A DNA stretch of 64,000 nt from an uncultured delta proteobacterium (lineage in GTDB: Bacteria > Myxococcota > Kuafuiibacteriia > Kuafuiibacteriales > Kuafuiibacteriaceae). This document shows, one piece after another, positions 50,472-59,697 of this stretch. A program made the position numbers and the translations under genes. Below the pieces are notes generated by a model that worked only from the letters and a program-made list of their open reading frames with translations, was not told the origin of the DNA and did not search any database. Position 1 is the stretch's first letter; every line of letters begins with the position of its first letter. The stretch covers positions 1,152,001-1,216,000 of the forward strand of contig CAWDML010000001.1 in assembly GCA_963803435.1 (NCBI GenBank). Direction: 5' to 3'.

Positions 50472-51798
50472 GTGGCGAAGCAATACCGTTCTTGGACTCC
50501 GAGACAATCGTTCTTGCTCCCGCCGTCCCCTCTCGAGTGGCTCCCAGAAAATCATCTCGCGTACTTCGTCTTGGACGTCGTCGATGAGGTAGAGCTGAGC
50601 GCGATCGAGATCTCGATCCAGTCCAAGGACCCGCGAGGCGAGCGACCGTACTCGCCTCGAATGATGATCGCGCTGCTTCTGTACGCCTACTGCACCGGCA
50701 TCTATTCGTCGCGGAGGATCGCGCGGGCGACCTACGAAGACATTCCATTCCGGGTGCTGGCTGGAGAGAGTCATCCCCACTTCACGACGATCAACGAGTT
50801 TCGGCTCGTCCACCTGGAGGCACTGAAAGCGCTCTTCCTCGAAGTCCTGAAGCTTTGCCAAAAAGCAGGTTTGGTGCGGCTCGGACACGTCGCACTCGAT
50901 GGCTCGAAGGTGCAGGCGAACGCGAGCAAGCACAAGGCGATGACCTACGAGCGGATGGCCGAGGAGGAGAAGCGGCTGTCTCTCGAGATCGAAGAACTGC
51001 TGGAGCGAGCGCGCACGATCGACCAAGAGGAAGACGAGCAAAGCGGATGATGCTCTTGTGGATCGGGTGGAGCAGAAGCGAGCGAGAACTCGAGCCGAGA
51101 AGGCAAGAGCGCAGGCTGACCAGCTCGAACCATCCCCAGACCCAACTGAACGAAATGATGGATGGCCGCATCATCGCGTTCCTGCAAATGTGGACGGCAC
51201 ACCGAGGCCCCACGCTCAGAGGAACTTCACCGACTCAGACAGCAGGATCATGTTGAAGGAGGGAGCGTACCTCCAGGCCTACAATGCCCAAGTTGTCGTA
51301 GATGAGCACGCTCAGGTGATTGTCGCCGACGGGGTCAGCAACCAGGCACCTGATCAGCAACACCTCGTCCCGATGCTCCGTGATGTGTTCGGCAACTGCG
51401 GCGATGCTCCGCGGAAGATGACGGCAGACAACGGCTATCTGAGCGCGACCAACATCGAATTCTGCGACAACAATCAGATCGATGCCCACATCGCTGTTGG
51501 ACGCGAACAGAACCAAGACGCGTCGACTCCGTCCTCATCAGCTTCGGAGCCCACACCTGCCTCGCTCGCTCGCAAGCGAATGCGAGACAAGTGGCAAACG
51601 CGCGACGGCAAGGCGGTCTACCCCCGCAGGAAGAGTATCGTCGAACCGGCGCTCGGACAGATCAAAGCGGCACGAGGATTCCGCCGGTTCTCGCTCCGCT
51701 CCTTCTTCAAGGTACGAGCCGGGTGGACGCTCGTCTGCCTCACCCACAACCTGCTCAAGCTCTACCGATCGAAGCTCGCGACCGTCGCGAGCGTCTGA
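50472..51798 (+). pseudogene. IS1182-family transposase, disrupted at ~51045
   Basis: LLPPSPLEWLPENHLA, YSPRMMIALLLYAY, SSRRIAR, VALDGSKVQANASK; stop at 51050; resumes in another frame with NFTDSDSRIM, QAYNAQ, ADNGY, RRKSIVEP..GQIK, HNLLKL. Confidence 0.85.
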
Positions 51799-51818
51799 CT
51801 CAAGGCAGCCATCTTCAG

Positions 51819-51884
51819 ATCGGGACCCGGACCGGGACCGGGACCCGGACCGGGGTCGCGTGAGCGCTTACGCGCTACACGCTC
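51819..51884 (-). repeat. Right terminal inverted repeat
   Basis: ATCGGGACCCGGACCGGGACCGGGACCCGGACCGGGGTCGCGTGAGCGCTTACGCGCTACACGCTC (+ strand) is the reverse complement of IRL with few differences. Confidence 0.88.
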
Positions 51885-53405
51885 CTAGCGCGCGGCCACC
51901 GCGAGACGCTCGCGCTCGTCGACGAAGCGACGGACGCCGTGGGCGATGGCCCGGGCCACCTCGACCTGGTACGCGCCGTCCTCGAGCCGGCCGCTCTCGG
52001 TCGTGTTCGTGACGAAGCCGGTCTCGACCAGCACCGACGGCATGCGCACGCCGAGCAGCACCGCGAAGAGCGCGTGCTTCACGCCCAGATCCTTCACGTC
52101 GTACTTCTTGCGGAGCGCACCGATCATCCCAGCCTGCACATAGCCGGCGAGCCGCTTCGACTCCACGGTGGCCGAACGCATCGCCAGGTCTGCCAGGATC
52201 AAGCGGAGGTCGAGGCCCAACGCTCCATCGGGAAGCTCGCCGGTCTCCTCGCTCTCCTCGCTCGGATCGAGGTCGGGCGGGCCGCCCTGGCCGTTCTCAC
52301 GGCGAGCCAGCCGCGAGGCGTAGCGGTTGGACGACGTGTCCAGATAGTAGGTCTCCACGCCGTGGACGCTGCGAGATCGGTTGGCATTCGCATGAACGGA
52401 GATGAAAAGGTCTGCGCCCGCTCGATTGGCGAGGCGCGCCCGGCGATCGAGCGACACGAACCGATCCGCGGTTCGTGTGTACACGACCTTGACACCATGC
52501 TTCTCCAGCTCGGCGCCGAGCTTCATCGCGATCGCAAGGTTGACGTCCTTCTCCTTCACGTGGTCGCGCCCAAGCGCGCCCGTGTCCTTGCCGCCGTGCC
52601 CCGCGTCGATCACGACCTTTCGGATCGCGAGCAGGGAGCGCGCCCGGGGCTTGGCGGCCTCCCGGGTGGTGCGCACCAGCGGCGTCTCTTTCTGAGGCTC
52701 CACCGCCACGTCCGGATAGGCCTCCTTGAGCTCCGACACGATGTCGGAGAGGAGCGTCCGCGCGTCGATTCGTTTCAAACGAACACGGATCGCGGTGGGC
52801 TGCAGCTCGACCCGGTCCGTGTAGTCGGCGACGGCGCCCACGAAGTCGATCACCACCCGAACCGTGTCGCCGTCGAGCTGCACCACGCGCACCTGCTCCA
52901 CCTCCTCGGCGTCGATCTTCAGCTCGCCGAGCGCGCTCTTCACCGCGATCAGGGGCGAGAGGTCGAAGTACATGCGGTGCTGGCCGTACGTGCCAGTGTC
53001 GATCCGCACCGCGCGGACGGCGTCGATCCCGAGCTCGAGGACGCCCGTCTCCACCGACGGGACGATCGCGCGCAGGCGGTTTCGCGCGCACTGCTGCTCC
53101 GCCAGCTGCGCCTGTCGCTGGGCGCGCTCCGCGTCCTCCGCGGTCCCCGACCAGTGGGCGAGCAGCGCCCAGGCCTCGGCCTGCCCTTGCACCGCCTCCC
53201 GGCGCCCGGCTTCGTCCTTGGCGGCGTCCACCGCCGCACGCCAGCGATCGATCACGCGGAGGATGTTGTGACGGAGCCGGAGCTTGGCGTCGCTCTTGCG
53301 CAGCGCTGCGTCCTCGGCCTTCGCGGTCTCCAGCTCCGACGACGCGGAGGCCGCCGGGCCCGCCAACAGAGAGAGGACCAGGATGCGAGTGAGGAGTGCA
53401 CGCAC
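51885..53405 (-). CDS. amiC: N-acetylmuramoyl-L-alanine amidase (AMIN + Amidase_3)
   Basis: VVIDAGHGGKD, EKDVNL, TRTADRFVSLDRR, FISVHAN, GVETY, PSVLVETGF; signal peptide; stop TAG lies in the element's CTAG. Confidence 0.88.
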   Translation of the reverse strand: MRALLTRILVLSLLAGPAASASSELETAKAEDAALRKSDAKLRLRHNILRVIDRWRAAVDAAKDEAGRREAVQGQAEAWALLAHWSGTAEDAERAQRQAQLAEQQCARNRLRAIVPSVETGVLELGIDAVRAVRIDTGTYGQHRMYFDLSPLIAVKSALGELKIDAEEVEQVRVVQLDGDTVRVVIDFVGAVADYTDRVELQPTAIRVRLKRIDARTLLSDIVSELKEAYPDVAVEPQKETPLVRTTREAAKPRARSLLAIRKVVIDAGHGGKDTGALGRDHVKEKDVNLAIAMKLGAELEKHGVKVVYTRTADRFVSLDRRARLANRAGADLFISVHANANRSRSVHGVETYYLDTSSNRYASRLARRENGQGGPPDLDPSEESEETGELPDGALGLDLRLILADLAMRSATVESKRLAGYVQAGMIGALRKKYDVKDLGVKHALFAVLLGVRMPSVLVETGFVTNTTESGRLEDGAYQVEVARAIAHGVRRFVDERERLAVAAR

Positions 53406-53454
53406 CTCGCCCACTATTGGCGTACATGCGGGGCGCCGCAAATTTTTGGTTCGA

Positions 53455-54153
53455 TCAGTACTCGCCGGCCTCGATGAGCCCGATGACCTCGGTGACCGTC
53501 TGCTGGAGGGCATCGAGGCGGAACGGCTTGTCGAGGTACCGGTCCGCGCCGTAGAGCGGGCTGGTGGCGGCGTTGGTGTCCTTGCCGATGCCCGTGGCCA
53601 TGATGATGCGGACCGGATCGAGCTCCTGTCGCTCGCGGACGTAGCGGCTGATCTCCCAACCGGAGAGTCCCGGCATCATGACGTCGAGCACCACGATGTT
53701 GGGCCGCTCCGTGAGGATCTTCTCGAGCGCCTGGTCGCCGTCGGCGGCCTCGCTCACCGTGTAGCCCTGCTGCTTGAGGAACGGCACCAAGAGGTCGAGG
53801 ACCTCCGGCTCGTCGTCCACCACCAGGATCCGGACGTCCGACGGACCGGTGAAGATCTTCGTCTCCTCCCCGTTGTCGACCTTCGCGGCCGGAGGGGCGG
53901 CGCGCTTCGCGGCCTTCTTCTTCTTCTTCGCCGGGGCCTTCTTCTTCGCCGGGGCCTTCTTCTTCGCCGCGACCTTCTTCCGCGCAACCGGCTTCTTCTT
54001 CGCGGCCTTCTTCTTCGCGGCCTTCTTCTTCGCGGCCTTCTTCTTCGCGGCCTTCTTCTTCGCGGCCTTCTTCTTGGCGGCCTTCTGGGCCGGCGTCTTC
54101 TTCGCGGCCTTCTTGGCCGGCTTCTTTCCAGGCTTCGCCTTGCGGGGGGCCAT
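53455..54153 (-). CDS. Histone H1-like Lys/Ala repeat region fused to a response-regulator receiver domain
   Basis: MAPRKAKPGKKPAKKAAKK...(KKKAA)n, then ILVVDDE, VVLDVMMPG, MATG, LDKPF. Confidence 0.85.
   Translation of the reverse strand: MAPRKAKPGKKPAKKAAKKTPAQKAAKKKAAKKKAAKKKAAKKKAAKKKAAKKKPVARKKVAAKKKAPAKKKAPAKKKKKAAKRAAPPAAKVDNGEETKIFTGPSDVRILVVDDEPEVLDLLVPFLKQQGYTVSEAADGDQALEKILTERPNIVVLDVMMPGLSGWEISRYVRERQELDPVRIIMATGIGKDTNAATSPLYGADRYLDKPFRLDALQQTVTEVIGLIEAGEY
53992..54081. repeat. 15-bp coding tandem repeat (5 perfect + 1 near-perfect copy)
   Basis: CTTCTTCTTCGCGGC units encoding AAKKK on the - strand. Confidence 0.9.
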
Positions 54154-54166
54154 CTGGGCGCCTTGA

Positions 54167-54883
54167 TTACCGTACCTCGACGAAATTTGAAAACCCTTGC
54201 GCGAGCGCGGCGCCGCGCGCCCCGGTCCGCTCGGCGGTCCGCGCGAGGGCGGCCGCCACCCGGGCGGTGGACAGGCTCGCCCCCCAGAAGTTGTTCCGGA
54301 AGCCCTCGGCACCCCGGGCGCGCCCTTCCGCGTACAGCCGGCCGGCAGCCTGCACCACGTCCACACCGTCCCGGTGATGCGCGGCGATCGCCCCCGGGCA
54401 CGCCGCCGGCAGCACCTCGTCGTCCGGAGCCGCCGCCACCACCAGCGATCCGGCCTGGAGCGCCGAGCCGACGGCGTCCGCCAGCGAGGCGCCGAGTCGG
54501 GTCCGCGTCCCCATCGCCACCGCGATCACGCCCGCGCCCTCCCGCACGGCGACGCCGATCCCGGCGGCGAGCCGGTCGGCGTCCGTGGTGGGGCGCGCGT
54601 CGGTCACCCGCACCGCGAACAGCTCCGCCGCCGGGGCGAGCAACCGCACCAGCGCTGCGCAGCAAGTCCCGTGGCCGTACGGATCTCCGAAGTCGCCGCG
54701 CTCCACGTCGATCTCACCGTCGAGCCATCGCACCGAGGCGCCCCGGGCCGGCAGCGCCACGTGGGGGTGACCGAAGTTGACGCCGGTATCGACGATCGCG
54801 ACCAGGACCCCGAGGCCCGTGGCGTCGGCAGCGACCGTGGGCTCGGCGAGCCCTTCCCGCAAGACGGCCTCCCAGAGGGTCAC
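54167..54883 (-). CDS. Minimal S8 subtilase-family serine protease
   Basis: VAIVDTGV (D), GHGTCCA (H), FWGASLSTARVAA (S); no signal peptide or propeptide; GTGA overlap with the upstream gene. Confidence 0.75.
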   Translation of the reverse strand: MTLWEAVLREGLAEPTVAADATGLGVLVAIVDTGVNFGHPHVALPARGASVRWLDGEIDVERGDFGDPYGHGTCCAALVRLLAPAAELFAVRVTDARPTTDADRLAAGIGVAVREGAGVIAVAMGTRTRLGASLADAVGSALQAGSLVVAAAPDDEVLPAACPGAIAAHHRDGVDVVQAAGRLYAEGRARGAEGFRNNFWGASLSTARVAAALARTAERTGARGAALAQGFSNFVEVR

Positions 54884-55401
54884 GCGCCTCCGACGTTCAG
54901 GCCGCACTCGGGGCACTCTTCGACGTCGAGCGGAACATGCGCGCCGCAGGCCGGACACGTCTCGGCGTCTCCGCCGCTGATCGGGCCTTCGACACCCTCC
55001 GCCTCCACGTGCGCGGCGAACACCTTCCGGAGGAGATCCTCCGCGCGCAGCCGGTCGTCCGACTTCACCCGGACCTCGAATCGCTGCGGCGCCTCGTCGG
55101 AGAACGCGATGTCGACGGGCAGGATCGCCGCCGGGATCCGCGCCTCCATCAGCGTCTGCTCGATCTCGCTCGCCTGCGGGAGGAAGTACACGCGCAGCAG
55201 ATCGACCGCGCGGCCCTCGACCTCGACCTCGCGGCTCACGTCGCTGCTGGACGCGAAGCCCACCGGGCTGGTCTGGGACAGGTCCGCGACCTCGAGGGCC
55301 TCGACGGTGGGGATCTCATCCACCAGCGCGATGCCATCGCAGGGCGGGCAGGTGGTGAAGCCCGCGCGGTACTCCGAACGGCAGTTGGGACAAAATGGCA
55401 C
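54880..55401 (-). CDS. Double zinc-ribbon / DUF2007-like protein
   Basis: FCPNCRSEYRAGFTTCPPCD; C-terminal CPACG...ECPECG. Confidence 0.75.
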   Translation of the reverse strand: MPFCPNCRSEYRAGFTTCPPCDGIALVDEIPTVEALEVADLSQTSPVGFASSSDVSREVEVEGRAVDLLRVYFLPQASEIEQTLMEARIPAAILPVDIAFSDEAPQRFEVRVKSDDRLRAEDLLRKVFAAHVEAEGVEGPISGGDAETCPACGAHVPLDVEECPECGLNVGGA

Positions 55402-55402
55402 T

Positions 55403-58179
55403 TCAACTTCTCCTTCGCTTGGCTCGCAAGTCGGCCTGCAGCTTCGCCAGTAGCTCGAGCGCTTCCCGAGGGGTGAGGCCGTCGACGTCGAGCTCGGCGA
55501 TCCGATCGACGGTCTGCCGTTCGATCGAGTCTCCCTCTTCTTTCGGCGCGAAGAGAAAGAGCTGCTCCGAGGTCTTCGCCGCCCGCAGCCGGACCAGATG
55601 CGCGACCGCCGAGGTGTTTCCTGCCGAGAGCGCCTGCGCCTCCAGCGAGTCGAGCACGGCGCGCGCGCGATCGATCACGTCCTGCGGCAGACCCGCCAGC
55701 CTCGCCACCTGGACACCGTAGCTCTTGTTGGTCGGACCGGGGAGCAGCTTTCTCAGGAACACGATCTGCTCGTTCCACTCCCGAACCGCGACGTGCCGAT
55801 TCACCGCGCGCGGTTTGTCGCGACAGATCTCGGTCAGCTCGTGATAGTGCGTGGCGAACAGCGTCTTGGCGCCGATGGTGTCGTGCAGGTACTCGGCGAC
55901 CGCCCAGGCGATCGAGAGCCCGTCGAACGTGCTGGTATCCTCGACCCAATCTCGTCGAGGAGGATCAGCGAGCGCGAGGTGGCCGATCGCAGGATGCGGG
56001 CGGTCTCGTTCATCTCCACCATGAAGGTGGAGCGACCCTTCGAGAGGTCGTCGCTGGCGCCGACGCGCGTGAACACGCGATCGACGAGGCCGATCCGGGC
56101 CGCGCTCGCCGGCACGAACGATCCCATGTGCGCGAGGATCACGATCAGCGCGGTCTGCCGCATGATCGTGCTCTTCCCGGCCATGTTCGGGCCGGTGATG
56201 ATGACCAGCCGCTGCTCGTCCGAGATGGCGATGTCGTTGGGGACGAAGCGCTCGCCGAGCTCCTCCGAGAGCAGCTCGATCACCGGATGGCGGCCGTCGG
56301 AGATCTCGATCAGCGCGCGCTCGTCCACCAGCGGGCGCACCCAGCCGCGCTCCTGAGCGAGCTGCGCCAGCGAGGCCAAGACGTCGAGCTCTGCCAACGC
56401 CTCCGCCAGCCGGCGGAGCTCCGCGGCTCGGCCGCTGATCCGATCGATGAGGGCCACGAACAGCTCGGTGGTGCGCGCGAGCTGCTTCTCCTCGGCGCTG
56501 AGCACCTTGGTCTCGAGCTCCTTGAGCTCCTCGGTGAAGAAGCGCTCGGCGTTGACGATCGTCTGCTTGCGGATGAAGCGCTTGGGGACCAGCCTGAGGT
56601 TCGACTTGGTGACCTCGATGAAGTAGCCGAAGACCTTGTTGTAGCGGATCTTCAGCGAGGTGATGCCGGTGTCCTTCTTCTCCTTCGCCTCGAGCTCGGC
56701 GATCATCGTCTTTCCGTTCTTGGCGATGTCCGAGAGCTCGTCGAGCCTGGCGTCGTAGCCGGGCCGGAACACGTGGGCGCTCGTCAGATCGTTCGACGGC
56801 TCCTCGACCAAGGCCGCCTCGATCACCGCGCGCACGTCCTCACAAGCGTCGCGACGTCCGAGCTCGGCGAGCCGGGCGCTCGCGATCGGGCCCCCCGCGG
56901 ACAGGGTCTCGGCGAACGTTCCGCCTCCGGGACCCTCGGCGGCCCCCGCCGCCTGGACGATCACCTCGGGCGCCGAGGCCAGCGCACGCCCCAGCTGCGC
57001 CAGATCGCGGGGGAGCACGCGCCCCATCACCACGCGCGCCAGCAGGCGCTCCACATCGGCGACCTGCGCCAGCGCCTCCCGGATCCGATCGAGCGCCGAG
57101 GGCGCCGCGATGAACGCGCCCACCGCGTCCTGCCGGCTGCGGATCGCGCTCGCATCGCGGAGCGGGTAGGCGAGCCAGCGCGCCAGCAAGCGACCGCCCA
57201 TCGACGTCGACGCACGATCGACGGCACCGAGCAGCGAGCCACGCCGGGACCCATCCTGGGCGCGGAACAGCTCGAGGTGCTCACGCGCCTGCTGGTCGAG
57301 GATGAGCGCGTCCCCGGGGACGTACGGCTTGAGCGTCTCGACGTGCTTGAGCGAGGCGCGGCCGAGGACGTCCGGGGCCTCGGGCCTGAGCTGCGACGCC
57401 TCGACGTAGCCGATGGCCATCCCGGCGGCGATGACCGCCGGCTCGGTCACGGCGGTCAGGAGACCGACGACCTCCTCCTCGCCGAAGAGCGTCGTCACCG
57501 CCGCCAGGCCCGCCTCCCGGGTGGCACGGTCCGCTTGGATCTCGGTGATGGTCAGGCGAGGCACCTCGGCGCGGATCCGAGCGACCCGCGGATCGTCGAG
57601 GAACGGCGCCGGCACCAGGACCTCGCGCGCGCCCAGCCGGACCAGCTCCTCGATCAACGCCTCGTCGTCGTCGCCCGAGGTGGCCCGGAACTCGCCGGTC
57701 GAGAGATCGAGCACCGCCAGGCCCCAGAGCGGCGCCTTGCGCGCGCGGCGCGTTCGGCCCGCGAAGGCGACGCTGGCGAGGTAGCGCGCGTCGCGCGGCG
57801 GTGCGTTCGGATCGAGGAACGTCCCCGGGCTGAGGACGCGCGTGACCTCGCGCCGCACCAGGCCTTTGGCGAGCTTGGGATCCTCGACCTGATCGACCAT
57901 CACCACGGTCCGGCCGTGCTCGATCAGGCGCGCGAGGTAGCCGTCGATCGCGTGGTGCGGCACGCCCGCCATCGGGATGTCCTTCTCCTTCGAGCGGGCG
58001 GTCAGCGTGATGTCGAGGAGCCGCGCGCACTCCTCCGCGTCCTCGAAGAAGGTCTCGAAGAAGTCGCCCATCCGAAAGAGCACGATCGCGCCCGGGTGCG
58101 CCGCCTTGACCGTCAGGTACTGACGCATCATCGGCGTCAGATTGTCCTGCTCCAGACGTTCGCGGGCGGCGGAGCTCAT
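55403..58179 (-). CDS. mutS: DNA mismatch repair protein MutS; apparent frameshift at ~55940
   Basis: TPMMRQYL, FRMGDFFETF, MAGVP, ITGPNMAGKST, RVGASDDLSKGRSTFMVEM, LLDEI; continues in another frame as TSTFDGLSIAWAV...FATHYHEL...KSYGVQVARLAGLP. Confidence 0.93.
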
Positions 58180-58181
58180 CC

Positions 58182-59031
58182 TCAGGCAGCCTTGGCTTCG
58201 GCCCGCGAGAGGAGCCAGTCCCCCATCCTGGAGATCACCTTCTCACGCGCGGGTGGGCCCTCGTTGACCAGCTCGTGGGCGTGATGGGCGAGCCGCTCGG
58301 ACATGAGCTGATCGCCGCGGAGGTTCCTCGCGAAGCGATCGGTGTCGTCGGCGCTCGCGAGCCGATCGTCGCCGGCGTAGAGGAGCAGCATCGGAATCTT
58401 CAGCTCGCCGGCACGTCCCTGAACGAGATCGATGGCGCTCATCGCCTCCGCGAACCAGCGCGCGTTGGCGCTCTTGAAGATCAGCGGGTCGGCGTCGTAC
58501 TGGCGCTGGAAGGTCTCGTCGGTGCAGACGTCCTTCCCGCTGAGACCCGAGGGGAGCCCGGCCTTCGGCAGGACCTTCGCCATGAGACGGCCGGCCGCCA
58601 GCTTGATCGGGCTGGCCTTGAGCGCCAGGCCGAGGAACGGCGAGGTGAAGACGACGCCGGCGAGAATCGTTTCCGTTGCCGGCGAGCAGCCAGTGCAGGG
58701 CGATCAGCGCGCCGTTGCTGTGCCCGAACACGGCCAGCGGGCCTCCCTTGGCCTTGGACTTGGCCGCGTCCATCAGCGCATCGACGTCGCGGTGGAAGTC
58801 CTCGAACCGCTCGACGAAGCCGCGCACGCCCTCGGAGCGGCCGTGACCTCGGAGATCGCAACCGAGGATCTGGATCCCGCGGGCGTTCCAGGCCTTGGCG
58901 ACGTGATCGTAGCGCCCGCAGTGCTCGGCGTAGCCATGGAGGAGGACGACCGTGATGCGGGGATCGTCGACGAGCCACTCGTAGAGCTCGAGCGCGACGC
59001 CGTCTCGTGCCGTGATCTTTTGACCTCCCAT
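58182..59031 (-). CDS. Lysophospholipase/monoglyceride lipase (alpha/beta hydrolase); apparent +1 frameshift at ~58666
   Basis: LLHGYAEHCGRY, DLRGHGRS, GHSNG nucleophile elbow, GDDRL, HELVNE. Removing one base at GAATC 58664-58668 joins the two ORFs. Confidence 0.85.
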
Positions 59032-59056
59032 GTCTTCGGGAGGATCGGTACACGCG

Positions 59057-59650
59057 TCAGTAGCCCTTGTCACCCGTCTCCTGGCGATTCAGGCGACCGC
59101 CTTTGAACGTGAGGATGCGGAGGAAGCGGTGAGGGCCGAAGTTGTAGATCCACCGCTCGTACGGCACGAGGACGAAGCGTTCCTGGCCCTCGTCGCCGAT
59201 CGCCACCTCCTCGTACCAGCGGGTGACGTCCGCAGGAGGACCGCAGCGCAGGAGGACCTCGCCGGTGGTATCGCCCTTCGAATGGACGCTCTTCTCGCAG
59301 TTGAGGAGGCTCGGCTCGCCCTCGGGCGCCAGGCCCTCGGTCTTGATCTCCACCAGGTTGCCGTTCTCGAAGATCAGCGAACGCACCAGGCTGTTGGGTC
59401 CGCGCGAGTAGGTCCAACGCTCGATGGGGACGGTGATGCTGCGCTCGACCACCTTGTCGTCCGGGAGGCGCCGGCGCACCACGCGCGTCTCGGTGGTGGC
59501 CTCGACGTGGATCGGCTCGCCGCAGAGCGAGCGCACCTGGAAGGTGCTCTGCCCCAGGGAGATCACGCGATCCTCGCAGCGCAGGCTGCTCGCGGCGAGC
59601 GCGGTGGACTCGGCGGCGAAGAGGAGGAGCGCGGCGAACGCGAGCTTCAT
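59057..59650 (-). CDS. Secreted protein with two DUF2845-like repeats
   Basis: Signal peptide; LRC..VISLG...CGEP...ERWTYSRGP and C...KGD...CGPP...ERWIYNFGP. Confidence 0.78.
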   Translation of the reverse strand: MKLAFAALLLFAAESTALAASSLRCEDRVISLGQSTFQVRSLCGEPIHVEATTETRVVRRRLPDDKVVERSITVPIERWTYSRGPNSLVRSLIFENGNLVEIKTEGLAPEGEPSLLNCEKSVHSKGDTTGEVLLRCGPPADVTRWYEEVAIGDEGQERFVLVPYERWIYNFGPHRFLRILTFKGGRLNRQETGDKGY

Positions 59651-59697
59651 GCGCAGAGTCTGGAACACACGAGCGAGAAGAGTCCAGGCGCGACGGG

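Larger units (their letters stand above)
49910..51888. mobile_element. IS1182-family-derived element with ~65-bp terminal inverted repeats, CTAG target duplication and a passenger gene
   Basis: CTAG at 49910-49913 and 51885-51888; IRL 49914-49978 and IRR 51819-51884 are near-perfect reverse complements. Confidence 0.85.

Noticed and set aside
51030-51070. Programmed frameshift in the IS1182 transposase
   Set aside because: No slippery heptamer is present. The usual linker after EDE (..G.ELP.EL..R..RL..I) appears to be missing, which fits a deletion better. The site is also not a GATC-type error.
53900-54120. Tandem repeats as a CRISPR array or non-coding satellite
   Set aside because: No spacers; the 15/18-bp units are in frame and encode Lys/Ala repeats.
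55403-58179. mutS pseudogene / mutator strain
   Set aside because: The break lies in a conserved motif at a garbled GATC-like site, matching the systematic error pattern; it cannot be called real without reads.
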